A stretch of DNA of 64,000 nt, from assembly GCA_903901225.1 (NCBI GenBank), contig CAIUQE010000003.1, positions 23,461 through 87,460 of the forward strand, written 5' to 3'. The DNA comes from Candidatus Omnitrophota bacterium (GTDB lineage Bacteria; Omnitrophota; Gorgyraeia; Zapsychrales; Fredricksoniimonadaceae). Position 1 is the first letter of the stretch. Each line of letters begins with the position of its first letter. Positions 45,313 through 55,797 of this stretch are shown piece by piece. The translations under genes and the position numbers were made by a program. The notes beneath the pieces are model-generated. The model made no database searches. It saw nothing but the letters and a program-made list of their open reading frames with translations, and was not told where the DNA came from.

Positions 45313-46385
45313 AAGAATGCGTCACCCCCTTCGCCATCTGCCTGGGAGTGCTGACGTTCGTTTTCCTCCTGGGCTATCTGCCGCAACTGGCCAACAAGGT
45401 CATCAACCAGGGCGTCGGCATGGGGCCGGTCACAATGGCGTTCCTTTACAACATTCCCGTGCTGCTCGGCTATACGTTGCCCATTGCCGCGCTGGCCACG
45501 GTCATCCTGACCTTCGGGCGCTTTTCCTCCGACAACGAGATCATCGCCATCCGCGCGAGCGGGATATCCCTCGGCAGCCTGCTGGCCCCTTTGATCGCGA
45601 CGGGGATCGTCCTGTCGCTGATACTCCTTATTCTCAACGACCGCGTCATCCCGCGCGCCTACGATGCCCAGCGACGCATCCTGCAGGAAACAGGGGCCAA
45701 GAACCCCGCCGCCCTGCTGGAACCGGGGACTTTCGTGGACGCGTTCGACGGCAACATCATCTTCATTTACAGGATCGACCGCAACCGGATGTACAATGTC
45801 CGCATCTGGCAACCCCAGCCCGACGGGCATCCGACCCGCACGATCTCGGCGCAGGAAGGGGAATTCACGCCCGTGCCCGGCGAACAGCAGGTCCTGCTCA
45901 AGCTCATGAACGGCACCTCGGACGAGCCTGATTTCAACAATCCCGACAATTTTTACAAGCTTAACTTCAAAACTTCGTTCATGAAGCTCGACATGGCCCG
46001 CAAAAATACCAAGGTCGAAAAAAAACCCAAAGGCATGACGCTCAATGAGCTCCAGGAGGAAATGCGCAAATTCGGGAAGCTGGGCATTGACACACGGCCT
46101 CTCACGGCGGAATACCAGCGCAAGGTCTCCTGGGCCCTGTCGCCGCTCATCTTCATCCTTCTCGGATTTCCGGTCGCGGTCATCACGCACCGCCGGCAAA
46201 AGACCGCCAACCTTCTGCTTGCCGTCGTCTTTGCCGCGCCCTACTATCTGATATCCATCGGCTGCCAGGCCCTGGCCACGCAAGGCGCGCAGAACATCGC
46301 GCGGCCCGACCTGCTCATGTGGGTCCCCAACATCATCGGCGGCATCATTGTCGTCATACTCAATTACAAACTATGCGCATCATAG
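45285..46385 (+). CDS. LptF/LptG-family LPS export permease (first paralogue)
   Basis: N-terminal MRILRNYILKECVTPF and six TM helices (YjgP/YjgQ family). Confidence 0.6.
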   Translation: MRILRNYILKECVTPFAICLGVLTFVFLLGYLPQLANKVINQGVGMGPVTMAFLYNIPVLLGYTLPIAALATVILTFGRFSSDNEIIAIRASGISLGSLLAPLIATGIVLSLILLILNDRVIPRAYDAQRRILQETGAKNPAALLEPGTFVDAFDGNIIFIYRIDRNRMYNVRIWQPQPDGHPTRTISAQEGEFTPVPGEQQVLLKLMNGTSDEPDFNNPDNFYKLNFKTSFMKLDMARKNTKVEKKPKGMTLNELQEEMRKFGKLGIDTRPLTAEYQRKVSWALSPLIFILLGFPVAVITHRRQKTANLLLAVVFAAPYYLISIGCQALATQGAQNIARPDLLMWVPNIIGGIIVVILNYKLCAS

Positions 46386-47479
46386 ACCGTTACATCCTGT
46401 TATCGATCATCAGGATCTTCATCTCCGCGATCCTGGTCTTCACGTTCCTCTACATCCTCATCGATGTGGCGACCCACCTTGATGACTTCATGGCCAACAA
46501 GGTCCCCACGGCCACGATCATCAACTATTACCTTTCCTTCTTTCCCGTCATGTTCGTCCAGACCTCTCCCATCGCCTGTCTCCTGTCAGTGCTCTTCACT
46601 TACAGCGGCCTGAACAACAACAACGAGATCATCGCCCTGCGCGCGAGCGGTTTCAACTTCATCAAGATCACCCGGCCCGCGATCTTTTTCGGCCTCATGG
46701 CCACGGCCCTTGTGTTCCTGGTGAATGAACGCTTCGCCCCGCAGGCGGCCATGCTCGCCCAGGAGATCAAGAAAACCAAGATCGAGGTCAATGTGAAAGA
46801 ACGCGGCAATAAACCGCCGCCCATCAAATACCTCTTTTTCTACGGGGTTGACAACAAGCTTTTCTTCATCGACGAGTTCGATCCCGCGGACAAGACGCTC
46901 TCGGGTCTCACGGTCATCGGGCAGGACGAAAAACAACGCATGACCGAGAAGATCACGGCGTTCAAGGGGGTATGGACGGGGCACAACTGGAAACTCTCGA
47001 ACTGCCAGCTCGCGCGCTACAACCCGCTCGATCCGACCTTGACCAGCGACGTCCAATTCTTCAAGGAAAAAACATTCGAGCTCAACGAATCACCGGATGA
47101 CCTGCTCAAGCAGCGCATGAGCGTGTCTTCCATGAACATCCGCCAGCTCAAGGAATACATCCACCGGTTCAAGGCGAGCGGCGCCATCGCGGCGATCAAC
47201 AGCCTGCGGGTGGACCTGCACCAGAAGATCGCCTATCCTTTTGCCTGCATCGTCATCATCTTCGTGGGGCTCCCCTTCGCGCTCATCACCGGGCGGCGCA
47301 AGGGGCTGACCTTCGCTTCCGTCGGCATCGCGCTGGCGATCGGCTTCCTGTTCTACGTGGTCAATGCCGTGGGGCTCGCGCTGGGGAAAGGGAATGTCCT
47401 GCCGCCCGCTGTCGCGGCGTGGTTCGCGCCCGTGCTTTTTGTCGCCGCGGGTTTCTACCTCGTCCGGAAATTATTTTAA
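46373..47479 (+). CDS. LptF/LptG-family LPS export permease (second paralogue)
   Basis: MRIIDRYILLSIIRIF... starts at an internal ATG of ORF 46319..47479 and overlaps the upstream gene by 13 nt. Confidence 0.6.
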   Translation: MRIIDRYILLSIIRIFISAILVFTFLYILIDVATHLDDFMANKVPTATIINYYLSFFPVMFVQTSPIACLLSVLFTYSGLNNNNEIIALRASGFNFIKITRPAIFFGLMATALVFLVNERFAPQAAMLAQEIKKTKIEVNVKERGNKPPPIKYLFFYGVDNKLFFIDEFDPADKTLSGLTVIGQDEKQRMTEKITAFKGVWTGHNWKLSNCQLARYNPLDPTLTSDVQFFKEKTFELNESPDDLLKQRMSVSSMNIRQLKEYIHRFKASGAIAAINSLRVDLHQKIAYPFACIVIIFVGLPFALITGRRKGLTFASVGIALAIGFLFYVVNAVGLALGKGNVLPPAVAAWFAPVLFVAAGFYLVRKLF

Positions 47480-47483
47480 ACCC

Positions 47484-48164
47484 CTAACGGGCCCGCTTGC
47501 GCAGGAGAGACCCGAGGATACCTTCGATCCCCGCCGGAGCGACTGTCTGGACCAGGAACGCGGAACCAAATTGGGAGAAGGAGGTGACATCGCGTATCTC
47601 CATGTCCTTCTGGTGCAGCTCAACGACCATGGTACGGGGCTTGTCCCTGCCTGAAGAATAATCTTCCATGGTGACCTTGCCGATATTCAGTGAAACAAGG
47701 TCAAATCTTATCTGCCACGCCTTGCCGCCGGACGTCACTGCCGGATGCTCCTGACGCGGTTGTGCTCCGGCCCCCGCTGCGGCTGCCGGCACAAGTTTGG
47801 TCATATTAACATTATACTGTTTGTCCCGTCCTCTGATGACCCGGGCTTCCCTGACCACCAGGCGCATGTAGGGAACATGCAGGGTGTTGCTGAATAAGGC
47901 GGGAACATCGACCTTGAATTCCGCCAGCGGGATATCAGCCATGACCTCGCCCGCGGCGAGTCCCGGCGGATTCAGAAGTTTCATGTTCCTGACCGTAAGC
48001 GACTGGTTGAAAATGTTCGTGGAGAGATACCCTATCTTCGCGTCCACCCCGGTGTTCGACCGGATCGCGCTGACGAGCGCGGACTGAATGAGCAGGTCCT
48101 TGATCGGGCCAAAAACCAGAAGGACCGCGAGAACGGCCGCGGCGATGCTGTAAAATCTGTTCAT
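47484..48164 (-). CDS. membrane-anchored hypothetical protein
   Basis: Start at MNRFYSIAAAVLAVLLVF (single N-terminal TM). No domain recognised. Confidence 0.35.
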   Translation of the reverse strand: MNRFYSIAAAVLAVLLVFGPIKDLLIQSALVSAIRSNTGVDAKIGYLSTNIFNQSLTVRNMKLLNPPGLAAGEVMADIPLAEFKVDVPALFSNTLHVPYMRLVVREARVIRGRDKQYNVNMTKLVPAAAAGAGAQPRQEHPAVTSGGKAWQIRFDLVSLNIGKVTMEDYSSGRDKPRTMVVELHQKDMEIRDVTSFSQFGSAFLVQTVAPAGIEGILGSLLRKRAR

Positions 48165-49330
48165 CGATATCTCCTCGGCAAACGGTTGCCCAGATTGCAA
48201 ACGATCTCATAATTGATAGTGTCCGCCCACAAGGCCAGTTCATCCGCCGAAATGACGGACTTGCCCTGGCGCCCCAGGACGACCGCCTCATCCCCCACCG
48301 CCACATCCCCCGCGCACAAGGCCAGCGATATGTCAACGATGACCTGGTCCATGGTCACCCGCCCCAGCACGGGGCAGGGCACGCCGTTGATCAGCACGTG
48401 CGCCTTGTTCGAGAACGCCCGCAGGTAACCGTCGCTGTAACCGATGGCGATAACAGCCGCCGGGATATCCTTCAACGCCTTGAACGTATGGCCGTAACTC
48501 ACGCCCGCGCCCCGATGGATCGTCTTTACAAAAAGGACCCTGGCCTTGACCGACATGGCGGGCTTGAGGGCGACCACGGATCGCATGCTCTGGGCCGGAT
48601 AAAGCCCGTAGAGGGAAACACCGGGCCGCGCGATGTTGAATATCCTGTTCTTGTACCCCAACCCCATGCTGTTGGCCGCGTGCAGGTACGTGAAGGATAT
48701 CCCCTCACGGATAAGGTCGGCCACCACGTTGGAAAAATCATCGATCTGACGGCAGGTGAACGTGTCATCCGTATCCGCGACGGGAAAATGCGTGAACAAC
48801 CCTTCAACTTTGAGGTTCTTCATGCGGGCGACGCTGCGGATGAACCCTACGGCCGCTTTATGCCAAACCCCCAGGCGCCCCATGCCCGTATCAACCTTGA
48901 TATGCACCGCGACGCGTTTACCTGCCCGGCGGGCCGCGGCATCAAGGCGGCGCGCGAAAGCCAGCGTGCACACCGCGGGGGTAAGGTCATGCGCGACAAG
49001 GAACGGCACGATCTCGGGCAGGGTCGTCTCAAACAGCACGATCCGGTCATCGGGACGCAGATGCCCGCTGCGGCGCAGCGCGATGGCCTCACCCACATTG
49101 GAAACGGCAAAGAAATGACCCCCTTCGCCGGCAATGGCCCGCGCGGCCTCAAGCATGCCGTGGCCATAAGCATCGGCTTTCACGACGGAAAGGATATCAA
49201 CGGCCCGGCCCTTGCGGGGATCCAGCTGAAGCCTGGCCAGCTTCCTGAGCGCGCGGAAATTATGGCGAATGGCGCCAAGGTCGATCTCGGCCCATGCCGC
49301 CAAAGGTATCCCGGCGGGAACGCGAGACAT
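48161..49330 (-). CDS. alr: alanine racemase
   Basis: PLP-lysine motif SVVKADAYGHG. N-terminal AEIDLGAIRHN. ATG at 49330 overlaps the tsaB stop (TGATG). Confidence 0.75.
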   Translation of the reverse strand: MSRVPAGIPLAAWAEIDLGAIRHNFRALRKLARLQLDPRKGRAVDILSVVKADAYGHGMLEAARAIAGEGGHFFAVSNVGEAIALRRSGHLRPDDRIVLFETTLPEIVPFLVAHDLTPAVCTLAFARRLDAAARRAGKRVAVHIKVDTGMGRLGVWHKAAVGFIRSVARMKNLKVEGLFTHFPVADTDDTFTCRQIDDFSNVVADLIREGISFTYLHAANSMGLGYKNRIFNIARPGVSLYGLYPAQSMRSVVALKPAMSVKARVLFVKTIHRGAGVSYGHTFKALKDIPAAVIAIGYSDGYLRAFSNKAHVLINGVPCPVLGRVTMDQVIVDISLALCAGDVAVGDEAVVLGRQGKSVISADELALWADTINYEIVCNLGNRLPRRYR

Positions 49331-50058
49331 CAGGCGTGGCCCCGTTTCGGCGCGTCCTGGGCCGTCCCGACCTGGCAATCTTCGGGGTAAAGGTACAGCG
49401 GCGCGAGGGCATCGACCTTGTCCACCTCGCCCTTGAGCAGGCGCTGATACCCGATGCGGGCCAGTTCCTGCGCCTTGGGAAGCCAGCGCTTCTCCACCTC
49501 GAAGACCGGCTTGAAATCTTTGGCAAGGAGCATGATCTTCTCGCGGTACAACGGGATAGCGTCGCCGATGAAAATAACCTCGCCCGCCAGGCCGTCGAGC
49601 ACTTTCTCAAGCGGCTCAAGCTGGTATTCCCGGTGGCGCACCAGCGCGTCGCCTTTCTTGTCATACAGCGAACTGTAGACCATGCCGCGGCGCGCGTCAT
49701 TGATCACGCACACCTGCGCCCCTGCCCCGTGGCGAACCCGCGAAACCCTGACATTCATGGCCACGGCGTCGAGACTTGAAACGCCCACGACCGGCCTTCC
49801 GGTCACAAGCACAAAAGCCTTGAGCATCGACAGCCCCACGCGCAGGCTCGTGAAGGAGCCCGGCCCCAACCCGACGACAAACCCGTCAAGGTCGGACAGG
49901 CGCGTGTTCGCTTTCGTGAGGACCCTTTCAATATCAAAGGTGATGGTCATGGAAAGGTCCTTGCGGGGACGGGTATTGCGGGAAGCAAGGGTCTTGTCGC
50001 CGTCGCTGACGGCAAGGCTCAGGTGCCTGGTGGATGTGTCAATGGCGAGGATCTTCAT
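49330..50058 (-). CDS. tsaB: tRNA t6A biosynthesis protein TsaB
   Basis: MKILAIDTSTRHLSLAV (inactive Kae1/YeaZ-like fold). 242 aa. Confidence 0.65.
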   Translation of the reverse strand: MKILAIDTSTRHLSLAVSDGDKTLASRNTRPRKDLSMTITFDIERVLTKANTRLSDLDGFVVGLGPGSFTSLRVGLSMLKAFVLVTGRPVVGVSSLDAVAMNVRVSRVRHGAGAQVCVINDARRGMVYSSLYDKKGDALVRHREYQLEPLEKVLDGLAGEVIFIGDAIPLYREKIMLLAKDFKPVFEVEKRWLPKAQELARIGYQRLLKGEVDKVDALAPLYLYPEDCQVGTAQDAPKRGHA

Positions 50059-50516
50059 AATTTGATCTTGGCCAGCCTTTCCTTTAAATTTTTCCCACGG
50101 GCGGTAATGGTGATCGCGCGGCGGTCGGCGCCCGCGTGCCGCAGCGTCACATGCCAGTGCTCAGGCGGCAAAAAACCTTCCAGCCGCTCTGACCATTCTA
50201 CCGCGCAGATGCCGTTACCGTAAAAAAACTCTTCATACCCCATTCCCGGCAGGTCGCCGGCCGTGATGCGATAAAGGTCGAAGTGATACAAAGGGACCTT
50301 GCCTTCGTAAATGTTCATCAGCGTGAACGTCGGGCTGTGCACGCCTAGCGGGGGTATCTTCAACCCTTTGGCCAGGCCCTTGACGAACGCCGTCTTCCCG
50401 CTGCCCAGTTCGCCGAAAAGGCATACCATGTCCCCCCGCCGCAGGGCCAGCGCGAACGCGGCGCCCAGCGCGAGTGTTGCCTCATAGGCCTGTGTGACAC
50501 GACGGATCGCTGGCAT
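50055..50516 (-). CDS. tsaE: tRNA t6A biosynthesis ATPase TsaE
   Basis: Walker A LFGELGSGKTAFVKG. 153 aa. Overlaps tsaB by 4 nt. Confidence 0.65.
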   Translation of the reverse strand: MPAIRRVTQAYEATLALGAAFALALRRGDMVCLFGELGSGKTAFVKGLAKGLKIPPLGVHSPTFTLMNIYEGKVPLYHFDLYRITAGDLPGMGYEEFFYGNGICAVEWSERLEGFLPPEHWHVTLRHAGADRRAITITARGKNLKERLAKIKL

Positions 50517-51424
50517 CAGAAATGCCGGAACCCTTTGGCCGTTACCGGTTCGATCCCGCCTTTGGCCCTGACGATACGGAACCCCTCACGCCGGGGCCTG
50601 ATCACGCCCACGGGATAAAAACGATACCCTTCGGACCCCTGGTACTCCAGCAATTTCCTGGCCCGGCCAGAAGGCATGGTCAGCAACAATTCAAAATCCT
50701 CACCGTCGGTCAGCGCCCGCATGGGGCTGACGCCCCGGTGACAGGGGATCAGCTTCTCCTCGATCAAAGCCCCCACGCAACTGGCCTTGAGGATATGTCC
50801 CAGGTCGCCGGCCAGGCCGTCGGAAAGGTCCATCATGGCCGAAGGCTTGAACTTCTTGACCAGGAACCTGGCTTCCCGGACGCGGGGCGTAAAACTCAAA
50901 TGGCGGCCCGAACGCAGCGACCCGCCCAGGGGGCCCGACACAAAGATCCAGTCGCCGGTACGGGCGCCCTGCCGGCGGACAAGCTTCGTCTTTTCCACTT
51001 CGCCGAGAAGGGCGACATTGACAATGATCTTGTCACAGCGGACGGTATCACCCCCGACAATGCTCACGCCGAAATCACGCGCGACGGCCCACATCCCGGC
51101 ATAAAGGTCCTTGACGTAACGGGCCCGGATATTGCCGGGAACGCCGAGCGACACGACCGCGAAAACAGGTTCACCGCCCATGGCCGCGATATCGCTCACA
51201 TTGCACGCGAGGGCCTTGTGCCCCACGGCCCTGGCATTCATCCGCCGCAGGAAATGAACTCCCTCGACCATCATATCCGTCGTAAAAAGCAGCTGCCGCC
51301 CCCCCTTGACCTTGAGGACCGCCGCGTCATCGCCGATCCCTTTCACCACCCGCGGCAAAAGGTTCTGGAACTTCTTGAGCGACTCGATGAGCCCGAACTC
51401 GCCGAGATGCGACAATTTTGTCAC
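50516..51424 (-). CDS. thiL: thiamine-monophosphate kinase
   Basis: LSHLGEFGLIESL...GIGDDAAVL...TTDMMVEGVHF. Start is a GTG at 51424 overlapping the mtnA stop (GTGA). The Arg-rich 133-aa N-terminal extension of ORF 50516..51823 is discarded. Confidence 0.65.
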   Translation of the reverse strand: MTKLSHLGEFGLIESLKKFQNLLPRVVKGIGDDAAVLKVKGGRQLLFTTDMMVEGVHFLRRMNARAVGHKALACNVSDIAAMGGEPVFAVVSLGVPGNIRARYVKDLYAGMWAVARDFGVSIVGGDTVRCDKIIVNVALLGEVEKTKLVRRQGARTGDWIFVSGPLGGSLRSGRHLSFTPRVREARFLVKKFKPSAMMDLSDGLAGDLGHILKASCVGALIEEKLIPCHRGVSPMRALTDGEDFELLLTMPSGRARKLLEYQGSEGYRFYPVGVIRPRREGFRIVRAKGGIEPVTAKGFRHF

Positions 51425-52467
51425 GCGCGGCCTCCCAGCACCCTGGCAATATTGCGCCCGAAAGGTTTGCGGATCACGCCATACTCGGTCACGATGCCGC
51501 TGATCAGCGCGTTGTCCGCCACGTCGAACGCGGGGTTGAACACGGCAACGCCTCGGGGAGCCGTGAGGCGCCCTCCGAAATTCCTGACCTCGTCCGCGGA
51601 ACGCTCCTCGATGGGGATGCCCCGGCCCGTCGGGGTCTTCAGGTCGAACGTCGTCTTCGGCGCGACAACATAGAACGGCACGCCATGATGCTTCGCGAGG
51701 ACGGCAAGCATGTACGTCCCGATCTTGTTCGCCGAGTCCCCGTTGGCCGCGATGCGGTCGGCGCCCGTAAAAATAATATCCACGCCCTTGTTCTTCATGA
51801 CGGTCGCGGCCATATTGTCGCAAATGAGCGTCACGGGGATCTTGTTCTTCATCAGTTCCCAGGCGGTAAGCCGCGCGCCCTGCAAGAGCGGGCGCGTTTC
51901 AAGGGCATAGACCTTGAACTCTTTCCCAGCCGCCTTCGCCGCGTACATCACGCCCAGCGCCGTGCCGTAATCCGCGGTCGCCAGCCCTCCGGCATTGCAC
52001 ACGGTCATAACCGTGTCACCATTACGGATGAGCCCGGCCCCGTGAGCGCCCATGGCGCGGCAGACAGCGCGGTCCTCCTCATAAATGGCCAGGGCTTCCG
52101 AGGTGAGCACGGCTTTCAGGGCCGCCACGGATAATTGAGGATTGTTGCGCGCGAGGGCACGCATCTGGTTGAGCGCGTGGAAAAGATTGACCGCTGTCGG
52201 ACGGGACGTGCCGATATGGTCACAAAGTTTTTCAACGAAACGGATGAATGAACGCGTGTCGGCGCCCTTGAATGTCCGGATCCCCAGAAGGACGCCGAAC
52301 GCGGCGGCAATGCCCAGGGCCGGCGCGCCGCGGACCTTCAGCTGTTTGATGGCGTCCCACAACGCAGCCACATCGCGGCAATCAAGATAAACAAGCTTTC
52401 CGGGAAGCAACGTCTGATCGATGATGCGGACCGAATTCCCCTTCCAGACGATCGTATTCACGGGCAT
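51421..52467 (-). CDS. mtnA: S-methyl-5-thioribose-1-phosphate isomerase (eIF-2B alpha/beta/delta family)
   Basis: MPVNTIVWKGNSVRIIDQTLLP...VRGAPALGIAAAFG. Start at an internal ATG (52467). Confidence 0.6.
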   Translation of the reverse strand: MPVNTIVWKGNSVRIIDQTLLPGKLVYLDCRDVAALWDAIKQLKVRGAPALGIAAAFGVLLGIRTFKGADTRSFIRFVEKLCDHIGTSRPTAVNLFHALNQMRALARNNPQLSVAALKAVLTSEALAIYEEDRAVCRAMGAHGAGLIRNGDTVMTVCNAGGLATADYGTALGVMYAAKAAGKEFKVYALETRPLLQGARLTAWELMKNKIPVTLICDNMAATVMKNKGVDIIFTGADRIAANGDSANKIGTYMLAVLAKHHGVPFYVVAPKTTFDLKTPTGRGIPIEERSADEVRNFGGRLTAPRGVAVFNPAFDVADNALISGIVTEYGVIRKPFGRNIARVLGGRA

Positions 52468-52474
52468 GGCAACC

Positions 52475-53995
52475 TCACTGTTTTTTTTCAGTTTCGATCC
52501 TTGGAAAAAGAGGCGGATGGGCCTGGAGTTTTGTCCCTGCCGCAAGCCCGCCCCACGCCAGGCCTGTCCCCGCGGCCCCCAGGATCTCCAGCAATTGCTG
52601 TGCCTTCCCGGGCATGACCGCCCGCAACAGGACCGCGGCCAGGCGCAACGCTTCCGTCGCCACATAAAGGACGCGCCCCGCCGCCGCAAGATCGGTCTTC
52701 GCGAGCTTCCACGGCGCCTGGACTTCCATGTATTTGTTGACGGCGCGGATAAGGTTCATGATCTCGTTAATGGCCGCGTCCACCTTGTATTGCAACAGCA
52801 GCGCTTCCACCTTTTCTCCCAAAGCGGCCCCCTGCGACGATATCTCCAGGTCCGGGGGCGTCAACGTTCCCGGGGCAGGCACATTCCCTTCAAAATACCG
52901 GCCGATCAGGCCCGACACGCGGTTAAGGAGGTTGCCGAAATCATTCGCCAGGTCACTGTTGTAACGCTTGATGAAATTCTCCGGCGTAAAGTTGCTGTCG
53001 GCGCCCAGGGTCATTTCAGCCATGAGGTAATACCGCAGCGCGTCCACGCCGTAAAGTTCAATAAGGTCCAGCGGGTTCACGACATTGCCCAGCGACTTCG
53101 ACATCTTGTGGCCTTCGCCATCACCCACCAGCCACCAGCCGTGGGCAAAGATCGTCCGCGGCAGATCGAGCCCGAGCGAAAAAAGCATCGTCGTCCAGTA
53201 TACGCAATGCGTGGTCAGGATATCCTTGCCGATGAGCTGCACTGAGGCCGGCCACCAGCGGGCAAACTTCTCTCCGTCGGAAAGGTACCCCGGCGCGGTG
53301 ATATAGTTGATGAGAGCGTCGAACCAGACATACGTCACGTAATCCCGGTCGAAGGGGATCTCGATCCCCCATGCCAGGCGGGATTTGGGGCGTGAAATGC
53401 AAAGGTCACCCAGAGGCTGGCGCAGGAATCCCAGCATTTCATTGCGGCGGTGTTCGGGGCGGATAAGGTCGGGGTTCGCCTCGATGTAGCTGACCAGCTG
53501 CTCCTGGTAACGGCTCATCTTGAAGAACCAGTTCTTTTCCTTGAGAGGCTTGACCTCACGGAACTGGCCTGACGCCGCCTCTTTCTCCGTGATGAACCTT
53601 TCCTCCGCGACGGAATAAAGCCCTTCGTATTCCTTCTGGTAAATGTCACCCTTGTCGTAGACCGCCTGCAGGACGCCCTGCACCACCTTCACATGGCGAG
53701 GTTCGGTCGTGCGGATGAAATCATCGTGGCTGATCTCAAGTTTGGCCCAAAGGTCCTGGAAACGGGGCGCCAGATCGTCGCAATGCGCTTTGGGCGCCAG
53801 GCCGCGTTTCTCCGCCGCCTGCTGGACCTTCTGCCCGTGCTCGTCCAGGCCGGTCAGGAAAAAAACATCATCCCCGAGGGCGCGGTGGAACCGTGCCAGC
53901 ACGTCGGCGAGTATCGTTGTGTACGCGTGGCCGATATGCGGCGCGTCATTCACGTAATAGATCGGCGTTGTTACGAAGAATTTACGCTTTGTCAT
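52475..53995 (-). CDS. metG: methionyl-tRNA synthetase (short form)
   Basis: HIGH motif PIYYVNDAPHIGHAYT and KMSKS motif KMSKSLGNVV. Confidence 0.85.
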   Translation of the reverse strand: MTKRKFFVTTPIYYVNDAPHIGHAYTTILADVLARFHRALGDDVFFLTGLDEHGQKVQQAAEKRGLAPKAHCDDLAPRFQDLWAKLEISHDDFIRTTEPRHVKVVQGVLQAVYDKGDIYQKEYEGLYSVAEERFITEKEAASGQFREVKPLKEKNWFFKMSRYQEQLVSYIEANPDLIRPEHRRNEMLGFLRQPLGDLCISRPKSRLAWGIEIPFDRDYVTYVWFDALINYITAPGYLSDGEKFARWWPASVQLIGKDILTTHCVYWTTMLFSLGLDLPRTIFAHGWWLVGDGEGHKMSKSLGNVVNPLDLIELYGVDALRYYLMAEMTLGADSNFTPENFIKRYNSDLANDFGNLLNRVSGLIGRYFEGNVPAPGTLTPPDLEISSQGAALGEKVEALLLQYKVDAAINEIMNLIRAVNKYMEVQAPWKLAKTDLAAAGRVLYVATEALRLAAVLLRAVMPGKAQQLLEILGAAGTGLAWGGLAAGTKLQAHPPLFPRIETEKKQ

Positions 53996-54797
53996 CCGCG
54001 GCGCCTTCAGGTTTTGGGATCGTCATTTTAATGATCTTGCCGTCACCCATGTCCACGTGGACCAGGCGTTTGAGGATATCAAGGTTGATGACCTTGCCCT
54101 TGCCGTCGGCCGTCTGGATCTTGCCGCCCATCTTGGGAAGGCCCTTGTTAAGTTCCTTGTAAACGTTGAACTCGTAGGCCATGCAGCACTTGATGCGCCC
54201 GCAAACGCCCGAGATCTTCGAGGGGTTGAGCGGCAGGGCCTGCTCTTTGGCCATCTTGATCGACAGCTGGCTGAAATCCTTGATAAAAGAAGCGCAGCAC
54301 AAACGCTGGCCGCACACGCCATAGCCGTCGATCATCTTGGCGCGGTCGCGGACGCCGATCTGCTTGAGCTCGATGCGCACGCGGAACTGCCGCGCCATAT
54401 CCTTCACGAGGTCGCGAAAATCGACCCGGCCTTCCGCCGTGAAATAAAAAACGATCTTGGACCCGTCAAAGGCGTACTCACAGGTGAGCAGGTTCATGTC
54501 AAGCTTCAGCTCGGTGATCTTGCCGATGCACACATGCAAGGCGTCCTTGGCCTTGGTGCGGTTGTTCTCGATCTGGCGCATATCCCCGTCGGTCGCCTTG
54601 CGCAGGATCTTGCCGGACGAAAAAAATTTCTTCTCCGACTCGTTCTTGGGGACGCAACAGGAGGACACCCGCGCGAAATCCGTGCTCCGGTCCACTTCCA
54701 CGATAATATGATCGCCGCGGCGGCACTCGATATCGCGGTTATCCACATAGATGACCGGACGGTGCTCGCCCAGGCGCACCTGGATGATCTTTCCCAT
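53982..54797 (-). CDS. PSP1 C-terminal domain protein (RicT/YaaT-like)
   Basis: Cys-rich PSP1 core (VCGQRLCCASFI, GVCGRIKCCMAYE). Conserved position upstream of holB/tmk. Confidence 0.55.
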   Translation of the reverse strand: MGKIIQVRLGEHRPVIYVDNRDIECRRGDHIIVEVDRSTDFARVSSCCVPKNESEKKFFSSGKILRKATDGDMRQIENNRTKAKDALHVCIGKITELKLDMNLLTCEYAFDGSKIVFYFTAEGRVDFRDLVKDMARQFRVRIELKQIGVRDRAKMIDGYGVCGQRLCCASFIKDFSQLSIKMAKEQALPLNPSKISGVCGRIKCCMAYEFNVYKELNKGLPKMGGKIQTADGKGKVINLDILKRLVHVDMGDGKIIKMTIPKPEGAADDKA

Positions 54798-54855
54798 GCT
54801 TGGCTCCTTCATTTGATCAAATGGATAATACCAGACCCTTGCGCCCCAACGGGAC

Positions 54856-55797
54856 TCAGGATAAGGTCATTTCTCTCACAACGGTCAATACGACTTTCAC
54901 GTTCTGGTTGCCGTCCAGGCGCCGCATCGCGTCGACCACGCGGTCGGCATGCGCGCCCAGCTCCTGCGGCGTGTACCGCTGGGCAAACCGCCGCAATTCC
55001 ACCAGCCGGTCACGGTTGACCGGCGCGCGCGCCGGTTCCGTCCTGATCCACAAAGCATCGCGCAATGCCATCAGGATAACGCCGAGTGCTTCACGCGCCG
55101 CAACACGGTCAGCGCCCGCGACCTTGAGGAATGCTTCCGTGTCGCCCAACCCGAAGAAAGCGTCAAGCACGATCCTGCGACGCTCTAAAAAATCCTGCCC
55201 CAGCTCCATGGCGCGGCCCGGGCTTCCCTGGCCGAACGCCGCCAAAATGGCGGCATCATCGGCAGGCACATCATAACCGGCTTTCAAGGCCCGCGCAAGC
55301 GCCGCCGGCGGCAGGGCCGGAAAACGCACCATCTGGCAGCGCGAACGGATCGTGCCCAGCAAAGAATCCGGCGCCGACGTCGCCAGGATCAGGACCGTCC
55401 CGGGCCGGGGTTCCTCAAGTGTTTTCAGGAACGCGTTAGCCCCTTCCGCGCTGATGCATTCCGCGTCCTTGATCAGCGCAAACTTGACCCTGGCCTCCAG
55501 CGAGCGATACTCGAAACGCTCGATCATCCCCCTGATCTGGTCGATGCTGATGACCGTCTTGTCCTCAAGCCTCGCCACCACCAGGACATCGGGGTGGTTT
55601 CCCGCCGCGATCTTGCGGCAGGAAGGACAATCGCACGCCAGCGGGTCCGGGTTGTTCTTCAGGCAATTGACCGCCTGCGCCAGGGCCAGCGCGGTCGCCG
55701 CTTTACCGATACCTTTCGGGCCGGCGAACACATACGCGTGCGCCAGGCGGCCCGCCGCGTTCAGCCCAAGGAGCCGCGCGAGGATATCCTTGTTCAC
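54856..55797 (-). CDS. holB: DNA polymerase III delta-prime subunit
   Basis: AYVFAGPKGIGKAATA (degenerate P-loop) and zinc module CLKNNPDPLACDCPSCRK. Confidence 0.7.
   Translation of the reverse strand: MNKDILARLLGLNAAGRLAHAYVFAGPKGIGKAATALALAQAVNCLKNNPDPLACDCPSCRKIAAGNHPDVLVVARLEDKTVISIDQIRGMIERFEYRSLEARVKFALIKDAECISAEGANAFLKTLEEPRPGTVLILATSAPDSLLGTIRSRCQMVRFPALPPAALARALKAGYDVPADDAAILAAFGQGSPGRAMELGQDFLERRRIVLDAFFGLGDTEAFLKVAGADRVAAREALGVILMALRDALWIRTEPARAPVNRDRLVELRRFAQRYTPQELGAHADRVVDAMRRLDGNQNVKVVLTVVREMTLS

Noticed and set aside
50516-51823. 435-aa ORF that would give ThiL a 133-aa Arg/Gly-rich N-terminal extension overlapping mtnA.
   Set aside because: The extension is low-complexity and overlaps the 3' half of mtnA in another frame. 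A GTG at 51424 overlapping the mtnA stop (GTGA) gives a normal-length ThiL.
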